From: Neovahlkampfia damariscottae
Taxonomy: Eukaryota
Direction of reading: 5' to 3'
DNA: 51,558 nucleotides
Assembly: GCA_016618085.1 (NCBI GenBank)
Contig: JABLTG010000044.1
Location: forward strand, 62,001-113,558
Numbering within the stretch: position 1 is the first letter of the stretch; every line of letters begins with the position of its first letter. Positions 23,276 through 35,528 of the stretch are shown one piece after another. A program made the translations under genes and the position numbers. The notes under the pieces were generated by a model. That model was not told where the DNA came from. It did no database searches and saw nothing but the letters and a program-made list of their open reading frames with translations.

Positions 23276-23697
23276 TTAAAGTTCTAAATGACTTTCTTGC
23301 TTTTTTGCATTGATATAAATCTTGACGTAAATGTTTTCGGAGTTTTTTTTCTTTTATGATTCCAAGTTTTTGTAAAGCATCAAAGCAGTTGCATTCTTCG
23401 ACTGTTGAATCACAAACTTTTCTATGAAAATTTCATTTTTATTTTTTTTGCTTACAATAATTTTTTTGAAATCTCTTCAGTCACTGGAAAACTATGAATT
23501 GAACAACTATTTTTGTCTGGACATAGAGCTCTGCATGTGGCTCTTGTTGGTTGAACTGCTTGACTGTTAAGAACCGCTGAACTGCATGGAATTCCACCTA
23601 CAACAGGTCTAGGACTCATTGCGAACGAAGATCTACTTGTTGATGAAAAAACAAATCCAGTGAATACCAACAATAACAAAAAAACTACTTTTTGCAT
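23276..23697 (-). CDS. Small secreted cysteine-rich protein
   Basis: Signal peptide MQKVVFLLLLVFTGFVFS. One GT-AG intron near 23422-23455. Second exon KVCDSTVEECNCFDAL...CKKARSHLEL*. Confidence 0.65.
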
Positions 23698-23775
23698 AAT
23701 TGCTTTTTGATTGGACGAAAATTCCAACTGACCCGATAAAATCTTGTTGTGAGATTGTTATTTTTTAAAATCTTT

Positions 23776-26700
23776 TTAAAATTCCAATTTTGTTTTTTTT
23801 GAAGGACTTGACTGTTGATGTTCAATCTTTCTTTTTGGAGTATCTATTTCATTCTCAAAAATATACTCTTCATCATCTTCCAAAATACTACTTTGATTTG
23901 AACCCAATGATTTCATCATTTCTTCTTCTTCTTGCATCATTTCTTCAATTTCTGCAAACTGTTGATATTCTTCCTCAAAAGTTTCAAAATCAATTTCTTC
24001 TTCATCTTGTTTATTTTGATAAATAAAAGTAAAATCTTTTGCTCCAAGAATTGTTTTATCACTCCATATTGAATTATTCAATTCTATTGAAGTTCAGAAT
24101 ATGAAACTCTTACTCTTTGCATGGTCAATGACAACTCCATATGATTTGCCTGTTGACAGCATATCCATTTTGCAAACAACAATTAAATGTCTTCTAGCTC
24201 TCGTCAATGCAACATTCAATCTTTTTTCACTTTCAATAAATCCTAATGATTCTGTCCTCACACAACTCAAAATTATGATTTCTTTTTCTCCTCCTTGAAA
24301 GGCATCCACTGTGGACACTTTTATTCCTTTTATTTGTTTAGTTTTAAAATCAGTTGATATTTTAGATGATTGTGTATTATATAAAGCAATTACTCCGATA
24401 TCATGAGCATCTATTCCAGAATCAAGAAATAATGAAGTCAATTTCACAACAACAGAAACTTCTTGATCATTAAAAGTACTGTTGGAATATTGAGAAAAAT
24501 TTTCTCTTCCATTTGTATCAACAATCATCAATGGAGGCATTCCATCAATCAATGAATCTCTTTCTTTTTTAGAAACACCATTTTTCAATTTGTTATTGTA
24601 AAACAAGGTATTGGATAAAAAAGAAATATGAGGATGGCACTTTAAATATATATAAATCGATGAAAGGAAACTTACACGATATTGAGTGTGAAGCATGATT
24701 GGATTTGAACCAACATTTGCCAATCTCAGGAAAATTGTCTTTTCCAATGAATTATTTACATCTGAAGCATTTCCTGGGAGAGTTGGTGGCAATTGACAAG
24801 GATCTCCACATGCAATCTATGAGTGTTAAATGAAAAATTGTAGTTTACTAATTTTTGACAGGAAAATCGACTTAATGGAAGTAATGCCAAAGGTTCGAGA
24901 CACTGACTACTTTCATCTAAAATCACAATTGAAAATTTTGATTCATCCAAAATTGGGAATGAAGAAGCAGCACAAGTTACTCCTACAACTCTAACCTGTT
25001 GAAGAGTGTCTTTTTTCTTTTCTGATACTCCACTTTCTAGTTCACTAATTGCTTGTTTTATTGCTTTTGCATCTTCTTTGGACATTGCTTCTTTTAACAT
25101 CTCTTTATATTCCTTGATTGTTTCTTTTGCACTTTTATCTGAGGAAACTGTGAATGGTAATATTTGTTTTGCAATTTTTCTTTGACTTCCGACTCTCAAA
25201 AAATCTGTATATCCAAGTTTCAGCAATCCTTGTAGAATTCCATCAACAGCAACATTTGTGACAGAAGAAACCAAAATTCTGACATTTTTGTTTTCTGCTT
25301 TGTCTAATACTTCTGAAAAGAATAAAATCAAAACAACCAACAAGAAACTTTTTCCTGCACCAAATACACCATGTATTAATGTTATTGGATGTGATTTCTT
25401 ATCTCCAGTGAACCATTTTGCGCATTCTTTGATTACTCTAATGTTGTTTAATATTTCAATCACTTACTTTTGTTGATCTTCATTCATTCTATGTTTGATG
25501 ATAAATTCATCTGCCATATCAAAAATTTCTTTATCATCTAAACCAATTTCTAAAGTTGGAAGAGCATAGTCCTGACTTTTACTACATAATCCAAATTTTC
25601 CGATCACCAATTGTTCTCCTTTTTTGTATTCTTTTTTTGAAACTTCTTTGCGATCAATTTTTGGGTTTCCAAGAATTTCATAAAGAAGAGGTAAATCAAC
25701 ACCATTTAATCTCTTTAAACAATCAATCATTTCAAATTCTGTTGAAAAATTTGGTCCTCTAATAGCAAAGCAATCTTTACATGAATCTGTTGGTGATTTA
25801 CTAAATAATGGTTTCAATTGAATAACGCTATTATTTGTTGGGCTGTGATACAAAGATTTACAAATCATAACAAACCCATCCTTGGCATCAAAAGAATCTG
25901 ATGAAGAAATTATCCAAATATCATCTTTTGAATAAGGAGTTCCTTTTTCTTTGTCGTTCAGTTTTAAAAAATAACCATCTTTCTCATTTGATGGTGAACT
26001 CTTTTTTTTATCTGGGTTGCTTTTGAAAAAATCACAAGAATGATAAAATGGAATTCCAATTGCTCTGAGTGCTGCTTGAATTTTATGTGTATCCAAAGTG
26101 ATGAATTTTTTTTTTTTGTTTGAATTTGAAGTTGAATTTAAAGGTTTTTTGTATTCATCTTTCCAAACAAAATATTTGCATTCTTTCTTTTTGCATGAAT
26201 AGAATGATCTTCCAAAATTAATTGTTTTCTTTTTCACTTGATGAACAGAACAATTTCCATGACCATGAGGACAATTTGGAGTGTCAAGTGAAAGTTCTCC
26301 TTGAGTTAATTTCACATATTTTTCTCGAAACTTAAAAGCCATTTCAAACATGACTACATTCATCAATTCAAAAATACCATCCAAATAAGTAGTTCTGTAT
26401 TCAGCAACATTCTTAAATTGATTTGGAATGAATACAACACGACTTGCATGAGCACCTTTTTGTAAAAACAGATTCCAACAATCTGTATCTGGAAAAAATA
26501 ATGAATGAGCATCTCTATCAAATAAATGAGAATTTCAATTTCTTACGAAGTCGCTATTTTAACAATTTCAAGAACTGAAGGAACTTGATTTGAAAATTTT
26601 TGCATCAAATTTGTTGGAGGTTTGAAATTTCTGCTGACCACTTTTGTGATTTTTTTGTTTGGAACAACATCATTTGTATCATCATCTTGAATGACTTTTG

Positions 26701-27734
26701 AAAAATTTCCAGGAATTTCATCATCATCGTCATCATCAATAATGCATTTAATAACTTTAGGCTTTTGAAATGGAATAGGACGTGGTGACTTGAAAGTATT
26801 TTGTTTTGTAATGCATTCTGGTGGTACATCATCACGTTTTGAATCAAATTTTGAAAAGAAATCCTCTTCATCAGTATCACTTTCAAAACTCTTTGATAGT
26901 GAATTATTTACAGGGGACTTCTTGACTGGAATAATTGGTGATGACTTTTTAACTGGAATAATTGCTGAAAATCTTTCAGGTGACATTTTAAGTTGAGTTT
27001 GATTTTCAATATTTTCTTCCTGAAATTCAAAATGATCTTCATTTGATGGAGTGAGAATGTCTTTACTTTGTTCTGAAATTTCATCCAACTCAAAAAACAG
27101 ATCATTCATTTTTTTTTGTGACTGAGGTAATTCAAAATTCTCTTCATCCAAATCAGCAATTGAAAAATCTTCATCGTCATCAAATGAAATGCTGGTTTTT
27201 TTTGGTGATGGTTTTTTCTGTTTCAAAGGCAAAGAAATTGGTTTCTGAAGTTTTTTTTGTATTGATCCTTTTGGAATTATCTTTTCTGTTGGTGTAATTT
27301 GAACAACAACTTCTTCTGGTGTTTCAACTGTTTGTGGTTTTTTGAATGGAACTTTGAAACTTCCAGCTTTTTTGAAAACTCTACGTGGTGGTACATTTCT
27401 AGGCTTGGATTTCTCTTGATTATTTTCTTCCGGTTTTGATTCATCTGAGGTCTTCAAAAGTCAGAAAAAAAAAATTAAAACTATTTTTTCATCCATTTGA
27501 ATAAGATAAACACCAAAATCAAATTCCTCATCTATATCTGGATTTATATTTGGTTTTAGCGACATTTTATCGATGAATTTTTTTTCTTCGGTCAATAAAG
27601 TTGCCTTTGAAGTAAAATTTTGGTTTTTTAAGGCTTACTGTTTTTAACTCTTCATTATAATCCATGAAACCATCTATCCATGATTTAACTTTCTTCGTTT
27701 TTTGTTTGGTATAGAGAACTTTGTACTTTTTCAT
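23776..27734 (-). CDS. ZGRF1: ZGRF1-like 5'-3' helicase (DUF2439 + GRF zinc finger + UPF1-like SF1 helicase), 8 exons
   Basis: N-terminal MKKYKVLYTKQKTKKVKSWIDGF (DUF2439); GRF finger CPHG..C..VKK..NFGRSFYSC...CKYFVW; helicase LIHGVFGAGKS, TNVAVD, LDESSQ, GDPCQLPP, QYRCHP, STVDAFQGGEK, RLNVALTRAR. Seven short GT-AG introns. Confidence 0.9.
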
Positions 27735-27851
27735 TTTCAAATTTTGGTTGGAAGGATAAGAATGATTGGTGGAATTATAGAGTAAAAAAAAGCATATATG
27801 TCCAGTATTCTTTTTCAATGTTTTTTTTATAAATGTAGTATATTCATCAAA

Positions 27852-27924
27852 GGGCTTCTAGCTCAGTTGGTAGAGCGCCTGCTTTGCAAGCAGGAGGTCT
27901 AGGGTTCGATTCCCTAGTGGTCCA
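27852..27924 (+). tRNA. tRNA-Ala(UGC)
   Basis: 73-nt cloverleaf GGGCTTC..GTGGTCCA with G3:U70, D arm GCTC/GAGC, anticodon arm CCTGC-TTTGCAA-GCAGG, T arm TAGGG-TTCGATT-CCCTA. Confidence 0.95.
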
Positions 27925-28018
27925 CTGAATTTTTACCTTAGATTCCTTCTTTAATATTTTTTTTGTGTTCGCATTGAATTATTTCTTTTGTAGTTCAATT
28001 GGTTAGAAATATTACTCT

Positions 28019-28992
28019 TTATTCAATCTTTAAATTTGTGAGTGATGTTCTTTTGCCTCCATAATTCTCCTTCACAAATATCTTTTCAAAAAGTTAACTA
28101 AATTTCATTCTTTACTGTCAAATTCGATACTTTTTTAAATTTTACAGACTTCAACACCATATGTACATTCTTTTCTTTTTCTACAATTTTAACTTCATTC
28201 TCTTTTGTCTCTTCTATGTTGTCAAAATCCAAACCCAACTTGTTTGTGTATAATTTCAAAATCTTTGGAGAAGAATCATTTTCTTTTGTGATAAAGCTAA
28301 TTTTTTTCAAGTTGACAGGATTTTTCAGTTCAATAAAAATAATCAGCTGTTCATCAGTTTTGCTTTCAATAAAAACTTCTTTTTGAAATAATTCTTTTGG
28401 ATTTTTGCAATTTAAGCAATCAAATGAGCTAATTTCTATTTTTTCGATAACTTTAGAAGGTGAATCAACCTCTTCATATATCTTTTTTTGTGAATCCTTT
28501 GAAACTTCAGTTGGAGCCAAAAATGAAAACCAAGAACCAATAGATGCTGCTCTGTTCACCCAATTTGGAATTGTTTTACCATTTAACAATCTTTTACAAA
28601 ATTCATTTGAAAAGTGATTACAATTTCTGGAAAAAGTTTTTTTACATTTTTTTTTTTTTTTACTTTGTTGTTACATTGTAAGTTTTTGAAGGAAAATCTT
28701 TTGAAAGTTCCTGAATGATTTGATTCAACTCTTGTATTGTTTTAATGTTTGTTTCACCCATATGAATAGATTCTCTGAATTTGGCATTGTCCACCTGTTT
28801 TGGTTTGCTAAAATTCAAATTAAAAAAAAAAAAAAAAAACTGATGAAATATTCCTGATTGTGAGAATGTATACTCTGTATTTCTAATTTCTACACCTGAA
28901 TGATATGCTCCAATTCCAATAGAATGAGTATATGAATTTGAATCAGCTAAATCATAAACGTTTAAATATACTTGAAGATGAGAAGTGGTCAT
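28019..28992 (-). CDS. PPPDE (DeSI2-like) deubiquitinase/desumoylase fused to a PITH domain
   Basis: PPPDE motifs VYLNVYDL, GAYHSGVE, YNVTTKNCNHF, IPNWVNRAA. PITH motifs DCLN, ESKTDEQLIIFI, PKILKLYTN..LDFD, LKSVKFKKVSNLTIFVKENYG. Three GT-AG introns. Confidence 0.88.
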
Positions 28993-29098
28993 TTCAATTT
29001 ATTAATAAAATTTTTTAACTTGTTGTGAATAACGTTTTTTTTGTTGAGTCAACTTGATGTTCGATTTCATTGGACTAAATTATCAAACAAAAAAACTA

Positions 29099-32000
29099 AT
29101 GTCAAAAAGACCTGGAGCAAGTTGGAAATCAGGTAATTCTTTTATCAATATAACAACCCGGAAGTTATTGTTAAAAAATCAACAAAAAAATCCATGATGG
29201 AAAAACAGGCTCCATCTGTTTCTTCAGACGATAAAGTTTCAACTCCTGTTAAAATGGTACCACTAGAAACAAAACCTGCATTAATTTCAGTTGAAAAATC
29301 AACTGACAATTCTGGTTCTCCAACAGAACCTGTAGTTTTAAATATTTCAAAAGTTGTTGAAAAAAAAGAAACGAATCAAATTGTTGAAAAGAAAGAATCT
29401 TCATCCACAAAAACAGAATCTTTACCGACAAAAACAGATTCTTTACCTACTAAAACAACACCTTCAACAGGCTTAAAAGCAACGACAACTGCGCCAAGAA
29501 AAATTAGCGTTAGAGTGAATACCTCAAAAACTGCACCATCTCTTAAAAAAGAAACAGCAAAAACAGAAAAAGTACTTGCTGAAGCTGTTTCTGTTTCACC
29601 AATAGTCGAACAAAAAAAAGAAGTACAAATCCAAAAAGAAACAAAATCGATTGAAAAAAAACCAGAGAATGTAGTTTCTATGAAAGATTCAAGTTTATCA
29701 ATAGATTCAAAACAACCAAAAGTTAGAACTTTGTCAATGTTAGGAGGTGGAAAAATCCGTAAATTGAGCACTATTAGAGCTGAAAAGAAAGAAGAACAAG
29801 CCAAAACACCAACACTTACATCACCAAAAACCGTCAAAAAATCACCTGTTGACAGTCCAAGTCCAAAATCAAATGTTTTATCATCAACACCAAGTTTAAA
29901 GGCACCTGTCAATCTATTGTCACCACAGACAACTTTAGAAGAATCAAAAGATGGTGAAAATAAGTCAATACGTAGACCATCAATTTCCATGAATAATGAT
30001 CAATCAAAAGTCAAAGCTGTTAAAAGTTTCAAATCTGCTCATACAAAAAGTATCATTTCTGTTAGTTCAATTTCCATGAAAAAGGTAAAATCAGGAGATC
30101 TCGAAAAACCAAAAAATGGCAATTCAAACACAAAGAGTTCACCAAGAGACCTTGAAAAACCAAATGTAGTTTCTTTGAAAAATTCACCAAGATCACCAAG
30201 AGATTTTGCTCATCTTGATAAGGTAAAAGCACCAAGAACCATTTTTGCATTACCTAAAATTGATGGAAAAACAAGAGAAGAATATTTAAGTAGCTACAAA
30301 CAAACTGTTAAAATGACTGAATATAATGAAGTATTCTCTGTTACAGATGAAAATATGTTTGTTTCTGTTTTTGAAGAAACAAAGGCATATGAATCATTTC
30401 AAGGGTTATTTGATCGACAAACAATTGCATTTTCTGATGAAAAACATAATCCAAAAGTGGTTGTTCTTTATAATGAATCTGGTACCAAATCTATTTCAAC
30501 CATTTATGATAAAAATAAAGAAGAAGAAATTTCAGAAAATATTCAATATGGACCTGGTTGGGTGATCACTGAAAATGTTTGGCTTTATAATGACAATACA
30601 AAAACAAGTGTTGTAACAACAGAAAAGAGTTTCATGGTTAGTGAAATTTATGATCGAGTTCTTGATTCAAAGTACCAAATTACTTTGAAAAATCAACCAG
30701 ATGATTGGTTAACACCAAACGAAGAATTTCATTTATTCAATCAATATAAGAAAGAATCAAAGAGTTTATATGAAACTAAACAAAAAAATGAATCAAAAGA
30801 AGAAGTCAAATTAGTAGTGAATTTAGATTTTCTTGATGATGACATTAACAATATTTATCAAATTAGACAAGAATTACCACCTTATTATTCAGTTCCAAAT
30901 ATACCATTGAACACATTATCAAGAAATGATTCATCAAAATCATTGAACGGAATTGGAGGATCTAGTAAATCACTCACATCTGCAAGAGGTGATTCATCAA
31001 AGTCTTTACAAAATACGGGTGGTTCTAACAAAAAATTGCAACCAATTTCAATTCAATTGGATAATCCAACTCATGATGATACTGATTCTGTTCCAAGTAC
31101 TCCTTCAAGTACATCAAGTGGTCATAAAAAATCATTCATGGGTTCAGCAGGTGGTTTGTTCACAAATTCAGGTCTCTTTGGAAAAAAGACACAAGCACCA
31201 ATTACAAAGAATAGAAGTCCTTCAATGAAAGATACAAATTCACCAGTTGAATCTGCAAGAAATGCAGTAAATTCTGTACAAAAAGGTTCTTTTAGGAATT
31301 CATCATCAAATTTGACACCTGTTTCAGCTCCTTCTTCAACTTTTACTTCCCCTCGAAATTCACTTTATGGAGATAACTCCATAACTCAATTGATTTTTGA
31401 TCAAAGTGAAAATCCAAACGCTAATGTAGTTAGAGAAATAGTTATGAAAGATCTTGATGTGATAGATTTTTCATTAATCAATCCAATCACTCAAGAAAAT
31501 GGATTCATTTCGGTTTCAGAAGAAATTTCATCATACTCTTCAAAAAAAGGTCATTTTGACAGAGATTTCAATTTCAACACTGACACACAAACCAATGAAA
31601 ATTCAGTCATTTTTTATGATGATTCCAATGAAGAAATTAATGTAATTGAATTGATAAAGGATGTGAAACAAGGTAAAACCCAAAAAACGGGTGGTATAAG
31701 TGGTTTTGCTCTTTTGAAACAAAAAGTAAAAGGATTACCAAAAGTTGAGAGCTTCTCTAAAACAATTGACCAATACACCTCTGATGATATTATATTCATG
31801 AATCCATTGTATGATCCTTATGCTAAATCAGCAGAAGAAATGGCTTATGAAGCCATTAATCATACATTAGGTTCAGTTCTTGAATCATTCTTTCAACATC
31901 AAATCGTTTTACAAAATGAAGAAGATGATTTCATTACTTGTCATGAAGAATATTTGATGATTTATGAGAAATATGAAAAATCAAAAAAAAAAGCAGTTGA

Positions 32001-32103
32001 CGAATATTTCATCAAACCAAAATCAGTTTCCGGTTTTAGTCTTTTTGGAAATATGGATCCATCCAAAGTTCAATTGAAAAAAACTGGAAGTACTTTGAAA
32101 TAA
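29099..32103 (+). CDS. Large S/T/K/P-rich, largely disordered protein ending in an LKKT (WH2-like) motif
   Basis: Short first exon (ATG 29099) and a GT..AAG intron join the 969-aa ORF in frame. C-terminus is PSKVQLKKTGSTLK. Confidence 0.7.
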
Positions 32104-32177
32104 ATATTTAATTTTCTTTCAAAAAAAATTTGAAACAAGAATCATTGGTCAGAATAAGATTTTTTTGTTGGAGCATT

Positions 32178-33250
32178 ATGGAGAGTTTTGAAGTTATTAA
32201 ATACTTAGGATCTCGAAAAGATGAACTTGAAGTCCAAGCTATCCTTCAGAAACTCGGAAATACTTCTTTACTGGAAGGTTGGAATCCTTTGGACATAAAA
32301 AAATTCCGTGGTTTGAATTCTCTTATTGTTCCTCTTGTTCATAAAAAACTGGATACCGAAGAGAATCTTACCATATTATTTGGACCTTACAGAAAAAGTA
32401 TAGAATCAAATTTGACACAACAAAAATTGTATGCTCAATTCTCTCAACCAGGTTCACCTGCTTCTTTAATGAACCAACATTTTATGAAAATAGGAACAGA
32501 ACCTCAAAAACCACTTGTTAAAAGATGCAGTTTTTGTTCAAAATCTTCACCAAAATTCAAATGTTCAGGACCTTCTCCTTTAGTTTGGACATTTTTGAAT
32601 GTATCACTATCTGTTGAATGGTTAAAAATATAGTGTTAACACAAACCTGTGTCAAAAACTGATCAGTTTATTATTGTTCTACTCAATGCCAAAAAAAAGC
32701 ATGGCCAAAACATAAACCTTATTGTGTTCAAAAAACAGAACCTGAAAATAAAGAAAAAATTGAAAAAGCTTGGAAAAGTGAAGAAAAAATTAGGAAAGAA
32801 GAAATGGAAAGAGAATGGGATGCCGCATAGAATTCTTTTAAAAGCGGAACTAAATCTTATGATTGTAATGGTAAAATAAGAAGTAATGATACAGCTTGGT
32901 GTGCAATCAATAATCTCTATGATATTGGAATGAAATTAGGTTTGAAAGTTGAACAAAGAAATGAACTGTTAGTATCCAAAGAGAAACAAAAATTTTCGAA
33001 ATATAATTTAGATAGAAGCATAAAATTTGAAAATGATAACTTCATTTTTGATATTTATTTTACCAGATTGTTTCGAGAATATGGAGAAGGTAATCAAAAT
33101 GGGAATGTTATTAATGGAATGTTTCTTTTTAATAAAACTGATGGAAAAAATGAATGGATCAAAATTGATCATAAATTTGAACCACACACTAAAGATAATC
33201 ATTTGATGGATCAATATGAAAAATTCATCAAAGAACTATTTGATGGTTGA
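32178..33250 (+). pseudogene. Disrupted MYND zinc-finger gene
   Basis: RCSFC...KCSG and SVYYCSTQCQKKAWPKHKPYC lie in different frames with no frame-restoring intron. An in-frame TAG at 32828-32830 is followed by open frame to 33250. Confidence 0.6.
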
Positions 33251-33369
33251 ATATAACTTCTTTTTTGACAATGTTTGTAGAGTGTAATTTAGAGGAAATT
33301 GTGGAAACAATTGAAGATAAAATAGTTCTTCATGGTTTGTTTTTTTTGATTAAATAGTCGTCTCAGAAA

Positions 33370-33433
33370 GACAAGATTCTCAGATGGAAGAGCGTTCGTA
33401 TTCAGGTTATGTGTTCAAATCACATCTTCGTCT
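33370..33433 (+). pseudogene. tRNA-like element (Trp-like 3' half) lacking a proper anticodon arm
   Basis: D-like arm CTC-AGATGGAA-GAG, perfect T arm ATGTG-TTCAAAT-CACAT, imperfect acceptor GACAAG/CTTCGTC. Only about 15 nt separate the D and T arms. Confidence 0.55.
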
Positions 33434-33589
33434 CAATTTTGTTTGGTGCATGAAAAGACAATATCTATTTTTGTTAGCTGATATAATTTCTTTGTTTTCT
33501 TATCACTTCTTTGTCCAAAATTGAACCTCAATTATTTGGAAGTAGATAAAATTCGTTTTGATTGGACAACGGCTTATTTATTTTTAGAG

Positions 33590-34410
33590 ATGTTCAGTTT
33601 GAAAAACAAGAAGAATGAAAAGAAAGAAGATAACCCTGTTACAATAACAATAATAGGAGGTCCTAGCGCCGGAAAAAGGTAAAAAAACTAAAACAAGGTA
33701 AAAAGACTAAAATTAAAAAAACAGTTATCTCAATATTCACTTTTTAGTTCTCTGACGTTGAAGTATTTAAAAGATGTATTTTATGAAGACGTAAAACATT
33801 CAAAAAAAATATTTACTTTTTTCCAATAGTATGATCCAACAATTGAAGAACGATTCACAACAAAAATTGAAATTGAAGGACATGAACCTATTCAAGTTGA
33901 AATATTAGATACAGCAGGTCAAGACCATTATCAAGTTTTATTAGATTCTTGGATACGTCAATCAGATTGTTTCATATTTTGTTATGATATTTCTGACAGA
34001 AGTGCTTTAGTTGAAATGGAAAAAATAATAAAAAAAGCAAAACAAGGAAAAGAACATGAAATGACTGTTCCATCGATTCCATTTGTACCATCTGTTTTGG
34101 TGGCTTGTAAATCTGATTTAAAAAGAAGAATAGAAGTGTCAGATGCTTTGGAATTTGGTGAACTAAACTTATTTTTTGATGATGAACCTGCAGAAGAATA
34201 TCCTTATTTTGTTGAAACAAGTGCGAAAAGTAAAAAAAAAAAAAAATTTTAACATGTGAAAACTTTATTTTAGCTGGAGAGAATGTAGATATACCTTTTA
34301 AATATGTCATAAAACAATATATTAGAAAACTGAAATATTTAAAGGCTGTCAAAAAAAAATCTCCAAGAAAATTAAATTTATTTTCTTCAGGTGGATTCAG
34401 TGAAGAATAA
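33590..34410 (+). CDS. Ras-family small GTPase (atypical, no CaaX)
   Basis: Three GT-AG introns. G1 GGPSAGKS, effector YDPTIEE, G3 DTAGQD, G4 CKSD, G5 ETSAK. Ends ...SSGGFSEE*. Confidence 0.9.
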
Positions 34411-34419
34411 ATTTTTTTT

Positions 34420-35237
34420 TCAAAGATATAAATTTTTACCTGTTTCTTTAATGTACATGATGACATCTTTATGAATCATAGTTTCATCAAATTCACCAGT
34501 TTCCATTTGTTTTCGAATTTCAGTTGAACTTATTGGTTTTAACTCATCAGATGAGATCAAATAAAAATTTGAAATGGAACTTTCAATACCATCTTGTTTC
34601 ATCTTCTTCTTGACTTCATTTATCAAACCACCTCTATCCAAACAAACCATTGATTTTTTTTTCCAAGAAGAATATTTCAAAGCATCTGAAAATGATAAAA
34701 AAATTGATGATGAAACTTACAATCTGCACCTCCAATCTCTAAGAATTGGATTCTATTGTTTCCAAATATTTTTTTGTCCAGAGTTATGTTGCTGTTTAAA
34801 ACTGACTCGATTTCAATCCCACTTTTTTTGGCACTTCCATAACCGAATGGACATACTTCGATGAAATCTGAATCTTTTGTTGCTAAACTACACATGGTGT
34901 TTCTGTGTTTCAATTTTATTGCTAGATTTTTGAGTTTTGATTCAACATAAGAATCTGAGGAAGGAGAAACAAAAGCTCCAACAACTTTCAGATTTTTTTT
35001 TGTAATTTCTGTTTCCAGAAACTTTTTAGAGATATTAAAAACTTCTACATGCCTTTGGTTTTAAATTTATTTTTTTTTACATAAACTGGAAATTTTGTAA
35101 GTTTTTTTTTTGCAAACATGAAGAGGATTTAAAGCACCACTAAGTACTAATATAATGGGGTTTATTTCTTTTCCAATGTTTTCATTTGTTTCCAAATGTT
35201 TGATGTTCTTCTTCACCTTTCCAATGGAAAGTTTCAT
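34420..35237 (-). CDS. NMNAT-like (HxxH) nucleotidyltransferase
   Basis: Motifs LSGALNPLH-FM-H (via micro-exon 35081-35085), GAFVSPSSDSYV, HRNTMC, GAD, ISSTEIR. Confidence 0.85.
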
Positions 35238-35339
35238 TGGTCAAATTTAAAACAAAGAAAAAGTTGCTCTTAAAGTCCAACAGGAATTTCCTCAACAATT
35301 CGACAAACAAATAAAATTAAAAATTCCCCAAAAATTATT

Positions 35340-35421
35340 TGCATACGGTGAGATTCGAACTCACGACCGCCGTAGCGACTAGAACCTGGATCTAGCGTCT
35401 TCACCACTCGACCACGTATGC
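35340..35421 (-). tRNA. tRNA-Leu(CAG), type II, with C at position 33
   Basis: Acceptor GCATACG/CGTATGC plus A73; anticodon arm CTAGA-TCCAGGT-TCTAG; long variable arm CGC-TACG-GCG; T arm GTGAG-TTCGAAT-CTCAC. Confidence 0.9.
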
Positions 35422-35528
35422 TGCGGAAGTTTCTCAGAATTATTTATAAATGTTGTAATTTGATTTTGCTTTACCTTTCTTGTCATCTTCTTTTCCACCA
35501 ATAATATTAGTTCTCAAACTTGAACCTA

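Noticed and set aside
27852..27924. Bacterial-looking tRNA-Ala as a sign of HGT or contamination
   Set aside because: No encoded CCA beyond the discriminator, a downstream T-run, and intron-containing genes on both sides. tRNA similarity is too unspecific.
35340..35421. Reading this tRNA as Trp(CCA) or as a Sec/suppressor tRNA
   Set aside because: The 5-bp stem CTAGA/TCTAG centres CAG in the 7-nt loop. The long variable arm, 7-bp acceptor and A73 fit Leu.
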